Shown: positions 28,538 through 40,093 of the stretch, piece by piece | How the letters are laid out: the number at the start of each line of letters is the position of its first letter | How positions within the stretch are numbered: position 1 is the first letter of the stretch | NCBI GenBank assembly: GCA_963714975.1 | Contig: CAVQQD010000001.1 | Location: 256,001-320,000 of the forward strand | Direction of reading: 5' to 3' | Origin: an uncultured Gammaproteobacteria bacterium | Lineage (GTDB): Bacteria > Pseudomonadota > Gammaproteobacteria > JAURND01 | Length of the DNA stretch: 64,000 nucleotides | Made by a program: the position numbers and the translations under genes | The notes under the pieces: model-generated | Told to the model about the DNA's origin: nothing | Database searches by the model: none | Seen by the model: only the letters and a program-made list of their open reading frames with translations

Positions 28538-30079
28538 ATGGCAGAAGCAATTACTCAGACCGCAAGTAAGTCTAAAATAGTTGCAGGAAAAAAAAGCACA
28601 AATAAGCAAGCATTTATTCAAAAAATTATTGCCGCAAAGAAGAGCTGGCCTGATCCATTTCCGTTACCGGCTAAAGATCTCCCTAAATTAGTAGGTCATT
28701 ATAACAGAATACCCATTCTAGTGAATGGGTGTACGCCCCAAGGCCAACACCTTATTAATTTAAAAAAGCCAAATTGGAAAAAGGCTATTAAAAATTTTAA
28801 GGTCTATCCCGAAGCTGCATACATAACCCAAAATTGGGTTTCCTCTAAAGAGGACTACATCCCTGAATACGCATCACCCCGATTATTTTATAAAAGAAGC
28901 AAATTAGTTTCTCAAAGAGAAAAATTTCCCCAGCTAGATGCTTTAATGTCTCAATTTTTTCAAGAGGCCAAGCTCTCTGCTGATTTTAGCTTTCGTCAAA
29001 GTGCTAATCTGACTGAGCAACAATTGGAGTTGCTACAAAAACAAGAGGGATTCCAGGAACTAGTCACAGAAATGCAAATACCGAAAGAATACGAAACACA
29101 ACTCGAAGAAATGCCCAATGATGTATGCCTAGACCGGCAAGAAGTATTGCAAGAAATGTTAGAAATACAGCAGCATCTTGAATCCATAGCATACAAAGGG
29201 TTTATCGGCTACGTCCACACTGGGGGCCATAACAGCTTAGGCCGCCACATGGAATGTTACCTCATCTCTAAAGAATGCATTATCAAGCCCCTAATTTGGG
29301 GAACAGTTTGGCAACAAGGCAAATATCTAACGGAGCCCGAAGATTTAGTAGATTACCATCAGCAGCCATTTTACCAAAACAACCCTGCGGTTTTCCTAAC
29401 AAAGGGATCAGCGAATATCTTCCCTGAGATGCAAGCAGATCATGACTCTTGCGGCCATCTGGTTTTTGCAAATATGCATCAACATTTAAAAGAAGGTCAA
29501 AAACAATTAAATGAACTGGCCCTCAGATTTCGATTTTATGACGCAGAAGGGCAATTACAATACTATTTCTTACCTTCTCCCCAAAGCCTACGTTATGCGC
29601 AATCTACTCGATACATCAAGTATGTAAATCAGATCGTTATGGAAGACAAGCCATTTACTATAAAGAAAGAAAAAGAAACGGCGACAGTGAATCCGATTCG
29701 AGTCGCCTTAACCCAATCTATAGAAACTGCCAAAGGCAAAGGCGAGGACCCCATAGCAAAAAAAATAATAGAAGAAAATAACACTACTATTGCACAATTA
29801 ACAGCTTTCAGAGAAATATGGAAAGAGGCGGGCGCCTTTATGCTGGAAAAACGCAAGGAATTTCAGGCAGGAAAATACAATCATACTTTACTTTATTGCG
29901 GTTTAGAAAATCAAAAACTACTTCAAGCAGAAAATAAAAACATTACCATCCATAAGTCTGAAAATAATTTCTTAGCATTTCCTGATAAGACAGAATGGAC
30001 TGTGCCCAAGCGTAGTTTAAAAGATGTAGGGGCGCAATCACCGGCAGTGGAGCTTGAAAAGTCAGATCAAAAAATTTGA
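28538..30079 (+). CDS. Putative effector with CE-clan/YopJ-like catalytic motifs
   Basis: H237, QADHDSCG (C305), LPSPQSLRYAQS. Confidence 0.5.
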   Translation: MAEAITQTASKSKIVAGKKSTNKQAFIQKIIAAKKSWPDPFPLPAKDLPKLVGHYNRIPILVNGCTPQGQHLINLKKPNWKKAIKNFKVYPEAAYITQNWVSSKEDYIPEYASPRLFYKRSKLVSQREKFPQLDALMSQFFQEAKLSADFSFRQSANLTEQQLELLQKQEGFQELVTEMQIPKEYETQLEEMPNDVCLDRQEVLQEMLEIQQHLESIAYKGFIGYVHTGGHNSLGRHMECYLISKECIIKPLIWGTVWQQGKYLTEPEDLVDYHQQPFYQNNPAVFLTKGSANIFPEMQADHDSCGHLVFANMHQHLKEGQKQLNELALRFRFYDAEGQLQYYFLPSPQSLRYAQSTRYIKYVNQIVMEDKPFTIKKEKETATVNPIRVALTQSIETAKGKGEDPIAKKIIEENNTTIAQLTAFREIWKEAGAFMLEKRKEFQAGKYNHTLLYCGLENQKLLQAENKNITIHKSENNFLAFPDKTEWTVPKRSLKDVGAQSPAVELEKSDQKI

Positions 30080-30161
30080 ACTGCTCTAGCATCTCCCCAC
30101 TTGCAATTTACTCCGGAATTTCCTATCCTAGGCTCTCATCAAAACAACCTGAGATTTTTTT

Positions 30162-30488
30162 ATGAGCGAACATCTACAAGCCATTACGGATAGCAGCTTC
30201 GATGCACAAGTCCTAAAAGCAACCCTTCCGGTGCTAGTTGATTTCTGGGCCGAGTGGTGCGGGCCTTGCAAAATGATTGCCCCCGTCTTAGATGAAATTG
30301 CCAAAGAGTATGCGGGTCGGCTTATTGTCGCCAAAATAAACGTGGACGAGAATAACAAGACTCCGGCCCAATACGGGATAAGAGGGATACCGACCTTGCT
30401 TTTGTTCAAGGAAGGAAACTTAGTTGGTACTAAGGTCGGCGCCATGACCAAGTCGCAGCTGGCAGAATTTATCGACCAATCAATTTAG
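30162..30488 (+). CDS. trxA: Thioredoxin
   Basis: WCGPC; upstream of rho. Confidence 0.97.
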   Translation: MSEHLQAITDSSFDAQVLKATLPVLVDFWAEWCGPCKMIAPVLDEIAKEYAGRLIVAKINVDENNKTPAQYGIRGIPTLLLFKEGNLVGTKVGAMTKSQLAEFIDQSI

Positions 30489-30631
30489 CTTGCAATTTGC
30501 ACTAAATGTTTTATAGTTACTCCCACTTACAGAACAAGTTCTGTAGTTTAGCGTCTTACCATTCGGTAGGGTTCCTCTCTATTTCCTTTATTAAAGATCC
30601 ATTTTTTATAACCATTTCGTGAAAAAACCAT

Positions 30632-31888
30632 ATGAATTTAACTGAATTGAAAAAAAAATCTCCTTCGGAATTAATACAACTCGCCCAAGATCAGGGCATC
30701 GAAAACATGGCTCGGGTACGCAAACAAGATATTATTTTTGCGTTACTCAAAGCCCATGCCCAGGGTGGCGAAGACATCTTTGGAGATGGTGTCTTAGAAA
30801 TTCTGCAGGACGGATTTGGGTTTCTCCGCTCTGATGAGAGCTCTTATTTGGCAGGCCCGGATGATATTTATGTCTCTCCTAGTCAAATTCGTCGCTTCAA
30901 TCTCCGTACTGGCGACACCGTTTCTGGCAAAATTCGCCCACCCAAAGAAGGAGAGCGTTATTTTGCCTTGCTGCAGGTCAGCGATATCAATTTTGACAAA
31001 CCTGAACTCGCCAAGAATAAGATTCTATTTGAAAATTTAACCCCATTGTTCCCCGACGTACGACTCAAAATGGAACGTGGCAACGGTAGCTCGGAAGATA
31101 TTACCGCTCGCATCATCGATTTAGTGGCGCCCATTGGCAAAGGTCAGCGCGGCTTAATCGTATCACCGCCTAAAGCGGGTAAAACCATGATGCTGCAAAA
31201 CATCGCGACCTCCATTACTCACAATCATCCCGAATGCTATTTAATGGTGTTGTTAATTGATGAGCGGCCTGAAGAAGTCACTGAAATGACACGCTCGGTG
31301 AAGGGTGAAGTCATTGCCAGCACTTTTGATGAACCTGCAGCCCGTCACGTCCAAGTGGCTGAAATGGTCATTGAAAAGGCCAAACGTCTGGTAGAGCATA
31401 AACGCGACGTGGTGATTTTATTGGACTCCATTACTCGACTTGCTCGCGCTTATAACACCGTGGTTCCTGCCTCTGGCAAAGTGTTAACTGGTGGTGTTGA
31501 TGCCAACGCCTTACAACGCCCCAAGCGTTTCTTTGGCGCTGCGCGTAATATTGAAGGAGGAGGCAGTTTAACCATCATTGCCACAGCCCTAGTAGAAACT
31601 GGTTCGAAGATGGATGAAGTCATTTACGAGGAGTTTAAGGGTACCGGCAATATGGAAATTCATTTGGATCGCCGTATCGCAGAAAAACGGGTATTTCCCT
31701 CGATTAATATCAATCGTTCCGGCACACGACGAGAGGAATTAATCACCAAACCGGATGAATTGCAAAAAATGTGGATTCTACGCAAGATTCTGCATCCGAT
31801 GGATGAATTGACTGCCAGTGAATTCCTCATCGATCGACTTAAGGTAACAAAAACGAACGAAGATTTTTTTGAGGCTATGAAGCGTTGA
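30632..31888 (+). CDS. rho: Transcription termination factor Rho
   Basis: [22 protein letters not shown]. Confidence 0.99.
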   Translation: MNLTELKKKSPSELIQLAQDQGIENMARVRKQDIIFALLKAHAQGGEDIFGDGVLEILQDGFGFLRSDESSYLAGPDDIYVSPSQIRRFNLRTGDTVSGKIRPPKEGERYFALLQVSDINFDKPELAKNKILFENLTPLFPDVRLKMERGNGSSEDITARIIDLVAPIGKGQRGLIVSPPKAGKTMMLQNIATSITHNHPECYLMVLLIDERPEEVTEMTRSVKGEVIASTFDEPAARHVQVAEMVIEKAKRLVEHKRDVVILLDSITRLARAYNTVVPASGKVLTGGVDANALQRPKRFFGAARNIEGGGSLTIIATALVETGSKMDEVIYEEFKGTGNMEIHLDRRIAEKRVFPSININRSGTRREELITKPDELQKMWILRKILHPMDELTASEFLIDRLKVTKTNEDFFEAMKR

Positions 31889-33342
31889 GATATCGCGATC
31901 TGCGTGATTTCCTAGCCCAACTTCAGTCACTCGGTGAGCTAAAATCTATTGCGATTCCGATTAATCCTCACTTGGAAGTGACTGAGGTTTGTTGTCGTGT
32001 GTTAGCGCAGCAAGGCCCAGCCTTGCTGTTTGCAAAGCCAGTAGGCAGCGCTATTCCCCTGCTAGCAAACCTGTTCGGAACTACTAGGCGAGTAGCCTTG
32101 GCCATGGGTAAGTCAGATCTGCAGGGTATTCGCGAATTAGGGGAGCTACTGGCCTTTCTTTCTGCGCCCACTCCTCCACAAAACCTGCGCGAGGCTTGGA
32201 AAAGCCTGCCGATTGTACAAAAAATTCTAACTATGTCACCAAAAATCGTGAAATCCGGTGACTGCCAAGAATTCGTCCTTGAAAAAAATCAGATCGACTT
32301 GCGCAACTTTCCTATTCAAACCTGCTGGCCAGAAGATGCCGGACCGTTGATCACTTGGGGTTTGGTGGTTACCCAAGGTCCTTTACGAAAACGTCAAAAT
32401 CTAGGCATTTATCGTCAGCAAGTCATTGCGCCTAACAAGGTGATTATGCGTTGGCTGTCTCATCGAGGGGGGGCTTTAGATTTTCAAGCCTGGCAGCAGG
32501 CTCACCCACAGCAACCTTTTCCTGTAGCTGTGGTATTAGGCTGTGATCCTGGGACTTTGCTGGCTGCTGTGACGCCGATCCCGGACTCAATTTCCGAATA
32601 CGCTTTTGCGGGATTATTGTCCGGCTATAAAACGGAATTAGTTCCTTGTCTTACTCACGAATTACCGGTTCCAGCAAAAGCAGAGATCATACTGGAAGGA
32701 TATATTTATCCGAATGAAACAGCCCTAGAAGGGCCTTTTGGCGATCATACTGGTTATTATAATGAAACAGAAAGATTTCCGGTATTTACCATTGAACGCA
32801 TGACTCACCGTCGCAATCCCATTTATCACAGCACCTATACTGGCAGGCCCCCGGATGAACCTTCGGTCCTTGGAGTGGCATTGAATGAACTGTTTATACC
32901 TTTATTACAAAAACAATTTCCTGAGATTACTGATTTTTATTTACCTCCTGAAGCTTGTTCTTATCGAATCAGCATTGTATCGATCAAAAAGCACTATGCG
33001 GGCCACGCACAACGCATCATGATGGGTATCTGGTCGTTTTTGCGACAATTCATGTATACCAAATGGATTATTGTCACAGACAACGATATTAATATTCGCG
33101 ATTGGAAAGAGGTCATGTGGGCTGTCAGCACCCGCGCCGACCCCAGTCGAGATACCACTTTAATCGAAAATTCGCCAATCGATTATTTAGACTTTGCCTC
33201 GAAAGTGGCAGGCCTGGGCTCGAAAATAGGCATTGATGCTACGAATAAATGGCCCGGAGAAACCCAGCGCGAGTGGGGGAGGGTCATTACCCAGGACGAG
33301 GCCGTAAAAAAGAGAATCGATCAAATTTGGGAGCAGTTGTAG
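31885..33342 (+). CDS. ubiD: 4-hydroxy-3-polyprenylbenzoate decarboxylase
   Basis: [18 protein letters not shown]; follows rho. Confidence 0.96.
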   Translation: MRYRDLRDFLAQLQSLGELKSIAIPINPHLEVTEVCCRVLAQQGPALLFAKPVGSAIPLLANLFGTTRRVALAMGKSDLQGIRELGELLAFLSAPTPPQNLREAWKSLPIVQKILTMSPKIVKSGDCQEFVLEKNQIDLRNFPIQTCWPEDAGPLITWGLVVTQGPLRKRQNLGIYRQQVIAPNKVIMRWLSHRGGALDFQAWQQAHPQQPFPVAVVLGCDPGTLLAAVTPIPDSISEYAFAGLLSGYKTELVPCLTHELPVPAKAEIILEGYIYPNETALEGPFGDHTGYYNETERFPVFTIERMTHRRNPIYHSTYTGRPPDEPSVLGVALNELFIPLLQKQFPEITDFYLPPEACSYRISIVSIKKHYAGHAQRIMMGIWSFLRQFMYTKWIIVTDNDINIRDWKEVMWAVSTRADPSRDTTLIENSPIDYLDFASKVAGLGSKIGIDATNKWPGETQREWGRVITQDEAVKKRIDQIWEQL

Positions 33343-33370
33343 TAGTGCACCTCTACCAGAGGCGTGCCCC

Positions 33371-36300
33371 TCAGCTCACCCCCGGCCCAGAGAGTGTATT
33401 ATCCTCATCGTTATCCTCATCGTTATCATCCGGGTCTTTGTCTTTAATCGCAACAGCTGCGCATAACCTTGCTAAATCTTGTAACTGATCCACCATTTTC
33501 TTCAGGACATCTTGATACTCAGCGGACTCTCCGCCTGTAGTCTTTGCAAAATTATATAATCGTTGCAATGCCAGTTTCATCGTATCAAGCGTACTCAGTG
33601 ATTCAAGGTTTTTTTCCCATGTGTTCGTCAAGGCTATATACTGAGCACTGATGAGGGTAACGATATCCGAGCGCTTTATTTCGAATGCAGTTAGCGCAGC
33701 GTGAATTTGTTTATCATAAGCCATGACTTCTGAATCTTGCTTCAGTTCGCGCAATACCAAAGCTTGCTTATGTTCATGCTGTGTGCTGTGAAAATTGCCA
33801 AATATTTCTTGTAAATTGACTGTAGGTGCAAGCGTATCGGGTGACTTGAATTCCCTTAAAAAAGTATCGGCTGCCGCATTTAAAGCTTGCGCATTAGCTA
33901 AATGTTTCTCCCAGATAGAGATACGTTTTGCTCTCTCCATCATCTCTTTATCGACCTGATCATTGGCTACATTGGACAAACTTTGCAGGAATTTCTGGAA
34001 ATTATCCAACTTGGCTGCGCGCAACCCGTCTAAGGTTTGCTTTATTGTCTGCGAATACCTATCTTTACAACTAAAGTTTGGTCCTAGCTTTGATGCAAAT
34101 TGTTGCAATCGCTCCAATTGCTTTATATACCCAGCAACCTCGGCGCCCCCTTGAAGATTACCAATCTTACTCCACAAGGTTTTCAATTGTTCGTCTATGA
34201 CTCTGACAATTTCCTTGCCTGTTTCGTTCCATTGAAATATGGCAACACGAATCAGCCCATTGTATTTCTCAGCGTCCGCTCCCTTTCCCGATATTACTAG
34301 ATCAAAAGCTTTCTTGTGCTCATTAACTCTGTCTTCTATTGTTCCTGTGTTTAACAAATCTACCGTAGGATCACGGGATGTTTTCAGTTCGTCTAAAAAA
34401 ATAGTGGCTTTCTCATGGCAAAACTCTATGTCACGTAAATGCTGTTCCCAGATAGATATAGTCTCTACATCATGGCCAATCGCAACAGAAGAGGGTTGAG
34501 CATGCAGCCCTAAAGAGTTAGTTACTCTTTGCTTTTTTTCATCCGATCGAGGAGGAGAAGGATGGTGGAAATGAGAAGGGCTCCAACTCCAGGTTGCAGG
34601 AGAACTACTATTTGCAGTGCGGCTGGAAGCACTACTAGCAGATGAGGAACTGGCGGATGCATGCTGAGCTGATGTTATCTTCAAGGGCGTCTTATCCTCA
34701 TCCGCGACAGTACTCGCAACAAGAGCTCCGTGAAGGGCATTCAATTCTCCTGAGTGTTGCACTATTTCCTGCCTGATAGCTTGATACTGAGGTGACTCTT
34801 CGACTCCTTCCATTGTAAAATTATATAATCGTTGCAATTTCTTTTTAATCTCATTTACCTCACTGAGTGATACAGGCTTGTTTTCCCAGCTGTTTTTTAA
34901 GGCTATATTCTGCTTAGCTATGCGGTCAGCAATTTCCGAGCGCTTTTTTCTGACTTCAGCTAGCGCAGTGTCAATTTGTTTGCCATAGTTATCTTCATCC
35001 GATTGGAGTACAGGAGCTTGCCCAGACTCAGTTTGGCTTCTGTACATAGTTCTTATTTTTTCTGATAAATCAACTGTAGGTATAAGCTTATCGGGTGAGT
35101 TGAATTCCATGAAAAAAGTATCGGTTGCCGCCTTTAAAGCTTGCGCGTTAGCTAGCTGTTTCTTCAAGACAGAGATACGTTTTTCTCTTTCTGTCAGCTT
35201 TTTAGCGTCCTGATCATTGGCTCCATCGAGCTCACTACATTGCTGGGAATCACGCGACCTGACTGAGTGCAACACGACTAAGGCTTGCGTTATTTGCTGC
35301 AAATACACATCTTTACCACGAAAGTTTACTCCTAGCCTTGATGCAAATTGCTGTAATCGTTCCAATTGCTTTATATAACCAACACACTCATCGCCCCATT
35401 GAGAATTACCAATCTTCCCCTGCAAGGCTTGTAATTGTTTCTTTATGACGTTGTTAATATTCTCGCATTTTTCATCCCATTTATACAGGGCAGCACACAT
35501 TAGTGCAACGTATTGCTCAGCGTCCGCTCCCGTGCCCGAGTATAGTAGTGCAAAAGCTTTCGGATCCTTATTCAATCTGTTTTCCATTGTAGTTACTTTT
35601 CCCAAATCTACCGTGGGATCACGGAATGTTTCCAGTTCTTTTAAAAAAGTAGCAGCTTTCTCATGGCAATCTTCCAGATCACGTAAATGCTCTTTCCAGA
35701 TAGATGGAATATCTACATCACGGCCAATCGCAACAGAAGTGCGTTGAACATGCAGCTCTAAAGAGTTAGTTACTCTGTTCTTTTTTTCCTCATCCTTCGA
35801 ATGCGAAAGATTTGAGTATTCGTACTCAGGGTCTAAAAATAGTAAAGCTTTTTTTATGCGCTGCAAAGTAGCTTGATACTCCGCTGGGTTTCTCCGCAGA
35901 TTTTTTGCAAAATTATGCCATTGTTCCAATTGCGCTATAGCACCAGGCACTTGCTCTTTACCCCAATTATCAGATTTGAATTTCTTAATCAAGGCTGTAT
36001 GCTGCTGATTTATGCTGTGTATAATTTCCTTGCGTATTTGCTGAACTAGGATATCGAGCGTTTGCTGCTGATAGCGCGTGGTTTCCTGGCTTTTATCCCT
36101 GCTTCGCAGGGCAAAAGCTTCCAGATGCTTTTCCCAGCTGTTAGTCAATTCCCCCTCTATTGCTTGTACATTGACTGTAAGTGCAAGATTAAGGGGTGAG
36201 TCAAGTTCTGCAATAGGAAGAGAAAGATGATCTAAAGGAAAAGTGTTACAGATTGCAGGAGAACTCATACTATTTGAAGAGAGGCTGGAAGTACTACTAG

Positions 36301-37858
36301 CAGATGGGGAACTGGCAGATGCTTGCTGAGCTGATTCTGGAGCCAAAAGTGTAATAATTTTTGCTGCCATACGTATTCTGAACTCACCCTCCTGGTCCTT
36401 GGGTAAACTTTTCCAGTATTGTACCAGGAACTCTAAATGTAAATGTGCCTGTGCATTTTGTGACTGTAATAACGGAATTATGCTGCTTAGCGCCAATAAA
36501 AATTTATCTCTCGCCCACTGCCTCCTATTGTCAAGTGAGACTCGTAACTTTTGAAATTGTTCTGTTATTTGGGATTCAGTTAAGTCACCTCCAAGATCTG
36601 TGGTCCGATCGCTAATAAAGTTTCTTAACCCTTGTTCACCCTCTATTAATTCAGGCGGTAGCATTTCTTGTGGTATTTGTTCTTCTTCAGGTAATTTGTG
36701 GCTTGTTAAAAAGCCCATCACCTTGCTTTGACAATAACCTGCATCCGGTAATTGTTTTGCAAAATCAAATAATTGCTGCTTTCGCATTTTAGTGAGCGAG
36801 CTATTACATTGCCCCTGAAAGTAATCTGTAATTTCAGAGAGTACTCTCCTATATTGCTCAAAACCGTTATTAATTAATTCGTAATAACGTTTAGCGTCAG
36901 AGCTTGCTTTCATATCTAGCGCACGAAAAGCCTTTGAATTCCGTTCCATTGTTCCCTGTAAATCCAAGTCTGTAGTTTTTTCTCGTAAATTAACCGTGCG
37001 TCTGCCGGGTGTCCTAAGCTCAATTAAAAAAGTTTCAGCTGCTGTTTTTAACTTTTCCACTTTATTTACATAATCCTCCCACACAGATAAATAATTTTCT
37101 GCTAAAGGTGCTGCTTTGGGGCTTTTTTCATCAAGCCTCGGAGAGGGATTCGGAGAGGAATGATGAAAATAAGAAGAATAAGCACGGGAAACTTGAGAAC
37201 TAATGTGGCTTGAAGAAACATGAGATGTTAGGTCATTTTTAAGAATTTTTTCATAATCAATCCAACGTGCAGTATCAGCTGGTTCAAATGTTATCAAACG
37301 ACGTTGAGTGTCAACTATCTGTTGCTTTAAATACTCAATAGCATTATTTGCTTCTTCTATTTTAGGATCATTTTGATAATTGGGTAAACTTGTCCAGTAT
37401 TTCGCAAGGAACTCTATTTGCATTTTTGCGAGGACGCAGCTACGCAGTGTAGATTCATTATCGTCTGATTGCAACAGAGATGCTGCCCCTAGGATCTTTG
37501 AAAAATTTTCCTCTGCCGATGCTTTTGCCTTAGCAAGGGAGGCTCGCGATTCTTGAACGCGCGAAACTGTTATTTTAATTTCGTCTGATGTTAAGTTACC
37601 CTGAGCCCATTCGGAGATAAATGCTGCCAATTGTCCTTGATCGCCCTCTAACAATTCCCGCGGTAAAGTTTCTTGTTTAATTTTTGGTATCGGTTGTTCT
37701 TGAAACTCAGTTTTTTTTGCTAGAGATGAAAATTCATTATAAGCTATGCTCAACGCCGTCATTGCATCAACATAAGTTTTTATTAATAATTTGGGATCTA
37801 AAACATTATCCATCTCTTCAGGTATTTTTATTTTCTTTTCTTTTTGTTCTAATTCCAT
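33371..37858 (-). CDS. 1495-aa helical repeat protein, putative effector
   Basis: Large internal duplications, Ser-rich linkers, acidic C-terminus. Confidence 0.7.
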   Translation of the reverse strand: MELEQKEKKIKIPEEMDNVLDPKLLIKTYVDAMTALSIAYNEFSSLAKKTEFQEQPIPKIKQETLPRELLEGDQGQLAAFISEWAQGNLTSDEIKITVSRVQESRASLAKAKASAEENFSKILGAASLLQSDDNESTLRSCVLAKMQIEFLAKYWTSLPNYQNDPKIEEANNAIEYLKQQIVDTQRRLITFEPADTARWIDYEKILKNDLTSHVSSSHISSQVSRAYSSYFHHSSPNPSPRLDEKSPKAAPLAENYLSVWEDYVNKVEKLKTAAETFLIELRTPGRRTVNLREKTTDLDLQGTMERNSKAFRALDMKASSDAKRYYELINNGFEQYRRVLSEITDYFQGQCNSSLTKMRKQQLFDFAKQLPDAGYCQSKVMGFLTSHKLPEEEQIPQEMLPPELIEGEQGLRNFISDRTTDLGGDLTESQITEQFQKLRVSLDNRRQWARDKFLLALSSIIPLLQSQNAQAHLHLEFLVQYWKSLPKDQEGEFRIRMAAKIITLLAPESAQQASASSPSASSTSSLSSNSMSSPAICNTFPLDHLSLPIAELDSPLNLALTVNVQAIEGELTNSWEKHLEAFALRSRDKSQETTRYQQQTLDILVQQIRKEIIHSINQQHTALIKKFKSDNWGKEQVPGAIAQLEQWHNFAKNLRRNPAEYQATLQRIKKALLFLDPEYEYSNLSHSKDEEKKNRVTNSLELHVQRTSVAIGRDVDIPSIWKEHLRDLEDCHEKAATFLKELETFRDPTVDLGKVTTMENRLNKDPKAFALLYSGTGADAEQYVALMCAALYKWDEKCENINNVIKKQLQALQGKIGNSQWGDECVGYIKQLERLQQFASRLGVNFRGKDVYLQQITQALVVLHSVRSRDSQQCSELDGANDQDAKKLTEREKRISVLKKQLANAQALKAATDTFFMEFNSPDKLIPTVDLSEKIRTMYRSQTESGQAPVLQSDEDNYGKQIDTALAEVRKKRSEIADRIAKQNIALKNSWENKPVSLSEVNEIKKKLQRLYNFTMEGVEESPQYQAIRQEIVQHSGELNALHGALVASTVADEDKTPLKITSAQHASASSSSASSASSRTANSSSPATWSWSPSHFHHPSPPRSDEKKQRVTNSLGLHAQPSSVAIGHDVETISIWEQHLRDIEFCHEKATIFLDELKTSRDPTVDLLNTGTIEDRVNEHKKAFDLVISGKGADAEKYNGLIRVAIFQWNETGKEIVRVIDEQLKTLWSKIGNLQGGAEVAGYIKQLERLQQFASKLGPNFSCKDRYSQTIKQTLDGLRAAKLDNFQKFLQSLSNVANDQVDKEMMERAKRISIWEKHLANAQALNAAADTFLREFKSPDTLAPTVNLQEIFGNFHSTQHEHKQALVLRELKQDSEVMAYDKQIHAALTAFEIKRSDIVTLISAQYIALTNTWEKNLESLSTLDTMKLALQRLYNFAKTTGGESAEYQDVLKKMVDQLQDLARLCAAVAIKDKDPDDNDEDNDEDNTLSGPGVS

Positions 37859-37933
37859 ATTTCGTTAATCTCACATGGTATATTTTTATTAATGAATGTT
37901 ACCGTTAAAATGATTATGGCGCAAAGGGATTAT

Positions 37934-38920
37934 TCAACAGCGCCCAAAACTGACTACTTCGGCAATGGATTGTGCTTGAGCTGCTAGCATGATCAGGCGA
38001 TCAACGCCAAGGGCTACTCCAGCGCAAGCAGGTAAGCCATGAGATAAAGCGGCTAATAGCGCCTCGTCATTAGGAATTTGTGCCAAACCTAGCTTGTGGC
38101 GTTTTTGGTTATCCGCGACAAAGCGGCGTTTTTGTTCTGCCGCATCGGTTAATTCATGATATCCATTGGCTAACTCGACTTGTCGGAAATATAACTCAAA
38201 CCGTTCTGCCACAGGGGGTTTACCAGGACGAATCTTTGCCAAAGCTGCTTGGCTTGCAGGGAAGTCCGTAATAAATACCGGTCGCTCTTGTCCAAGATAA
38301 GGTTCAATACAATGTGAAAGTAATACATGCAGCCAAAAATCCTTCTGAGCAGGATCTGCCGTATTAAGCTGGATCCCTTGGGTTATGGCAAGTTGTTGCA
38401 GCTCCTGCACTTTGGCTGAATGAGGATTCACGCCTAAATAATGCTGAAAGATTTCCTGATAAGTAACGCGATCCGACTTCTGAGTTTGCAACACCAGCTG
38501 CAACAACTCATCGATCTCATCCATCAATTGGTGATGATTAAATCCCACGCGATACCATTCCAAAATGGTAAATTCAGGATGATGCAGCCGTCCCTGCTCT
38601 TCGCATCGAAATGCCTTACAGAGTTGATAAATGCAACCACTTCCTGCCGCCAGCAAGCGTTTCATGGCAAACTCAGGGGAGGTCTGTAAAAACCACGGCC
38701 CAACTGACATACTGGCGATATGGGGATCAGTCGCGGTGGTGGAAGACAACAAGGGGGTTTCTACCTCTAACACCCCCCTGGCTAAAAAGAAATTACGGAT
38801 AGCGTGGATGATTTGGTTACGCAAACGCAAGGAAGATAATTGAGCACTAGGTCTCCACTGCACATTAGAGGCGTTTATTGCTTGTTTTGTTGACTTTGTT
38901 TTTGGCGCTCTAATATCCAC
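37934..38920 (-). CDS. epmA: EF-P lysine aminoacylase
   Basis: LQTSPEFAMKRLL, HHPEFTILEWY, ELANGYHEL, GVALGVDRL. Confidence 0.96.
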   Translation of the reverse strand: MDIRAPKTKSTKQAINASNVQWRPSAQLSSLRLRNQIIHAIRNFFLARGVLEVETPLLSSTTATDPHIASMSVGPWFLQTSPEFAMKRLLAAGSGCIYQLCKAFRCEEQGRLHHPEFTILEWYRVGFNHHQLMDEIDELLQLVLQTQKSDRVTYQEIFQHYLGVNPHSAKVQELQQLAITQGIQLNTADPAQKDFWLHVLLSHCIEPYLGQERPVFITDFPASQAALAKIRPGKPPVAERFELYFRQVELANGYHELTDAAEQKRRFVADNQKRHKLGLAQIPNDEALLAALSHGLPACAGVALGVDRLIMLAAQAQSIAEVVSFGRC

Positions 38921-39366
38921 AGCCTTTCCTTAATTGGCAATGACTGCCAATATTCTTGTGATTGTAATTGGATCGAACGCTGTTGTTCTGGGGTAAGCGC
39001 CTCCCATTGCGCCTTAATTGATTTCAAGATGGCGATTCGTTGTTCTGGAGTCATTTGCAACAGAGCTTCTTTTATTTTCATCCGCGCCTCTTCGCGTTCC
39101 TCTGCAGTAAGTGCCATCCACCGCTCATGTATCGCTTCCATCACCTTTTCTTTTTGCGCAGGTGATAATTGGTCTAATACTTCTTTATTGAGGGGTGAGG
39201 AAGAGGTCGCCGGCGGGGGGCTGGAACCTTCTGTTGAATTAACCACATGCGGGATGGTTTCAGAAGATTGAGGAGCCGAAACGAAACTATCTTCTGCTGT
39301 TTGGGCAAGCGAAAGGGGGGCATAGCAGCTGCAAGCCAATACAATAGGAACTAAGGCTTTTTTCAT
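38875..39366 (-). CDS. Secreted helical protein, DUF3106-like
   Basis: Signal peptide; repeated W..L[TP].E[QE]R units. Confidence 0.55.
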   Translation of the reverse strand: MKKALVPIVLACSCYAPLSLAQTAEDSFVSAPQSSETIPHVVNSTEGSSPPPATSSSPLNKEVLDQLSPAQKEKVMEAIHERWMALTAEEREEARMKIKEALLQMTPEQRIAILKSIKAQWEALTPEQQRSIQLQSQEYWQSLPIKERLWILERQKQSQQNKQ

Positions 39367-39444
39367 AATAGAGATCTCTTACATTAATAGAATATTAAAA
39401 TTGTTTATATTTTAGCATTTTTTAGCGCAAAAGGCCAGATAAAT

Positions 39445-39487
39445 CCCCTCATCCGCCTTCGGCACCTTCTCCCACAAGGGGAGAAGG
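39445..39487 (-). repeat. REP family A
   Basis: Exact reverse complement of 3750-3792. Confidence 0.9.
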
Positions 39488-39522
39488 ATAAAAGTCAAAG
39501 GCTATTAGTGAGAAGGGATACC

Positions 39523-40084
39523 TCACTCCTTAACCCGCGAGACATATTGACCCGTGCGGGTATCTACCTTCAGCAAATCCCCCTCATTCACAAACAAAGG
39601 CACCAATGCTCACTCCGGTTTCTAAAATCGCAGGCTTGGTAGCTCCACTTACGGTATCTCCTTTGATTCCAGGCTCAGTTTCTCTGACGCGTAGGATGGC
39701 AAAATTGGGGGCGACCAGAGATAAGGGTTGTCCGTTCCATAGCATAACCATGCAAATATCTTGGGGTTTAATCCACAGAGCCGCATCCTCCATCAAGCGA
39801 GCAGAAATGGCATGTTGCTCGAAGGTTTCGTGCACCATAAAATACCAGGATTCTCCATCATTATAGAGGTACTCCATTTCCACCTCGACAATATCCGCCC
39901 CCGGTAAGACATCACCAGACTTGAAGGTTTTTTCCAAAACTCTCCCGGTCTTTAAGTTGCGCAGCTTCACGCGATTAAAAGCCTGGCCCTTGCCTGGTTT
40001 TACAAATTCATTTTCCAAAATACTGCAAGGGTCTCCATCCAGCAGTACTTTTAATCCTGCTTTAAATTCATTAGTTGAATACAT
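39523..40084 (-). pseudogene. efp: Elongation factor P with frameshift at about 39604 (or assembly error)
   Basis: KPGKG motif; C-terminus [26 protein letters not shown] lies in another frame. Confidence 0.9.
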
Positions 40085-40093
40085 AGCTCCTCA

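Noticed and set aside
30528-30546. Palindrome TACAGAAC-AA-GTTCTGTA as a LetA/GacA site
   Set aside because: Does not fit the consensus well; more simply a rho leader hairpin.
39380-39399. TTAA-N7-TTAA upstream of the DUF3106-like gene as a PmrA box
   Set aside because: Lacks the leading C residues, lies downstream of the likely -10, and the context is AT-rich.
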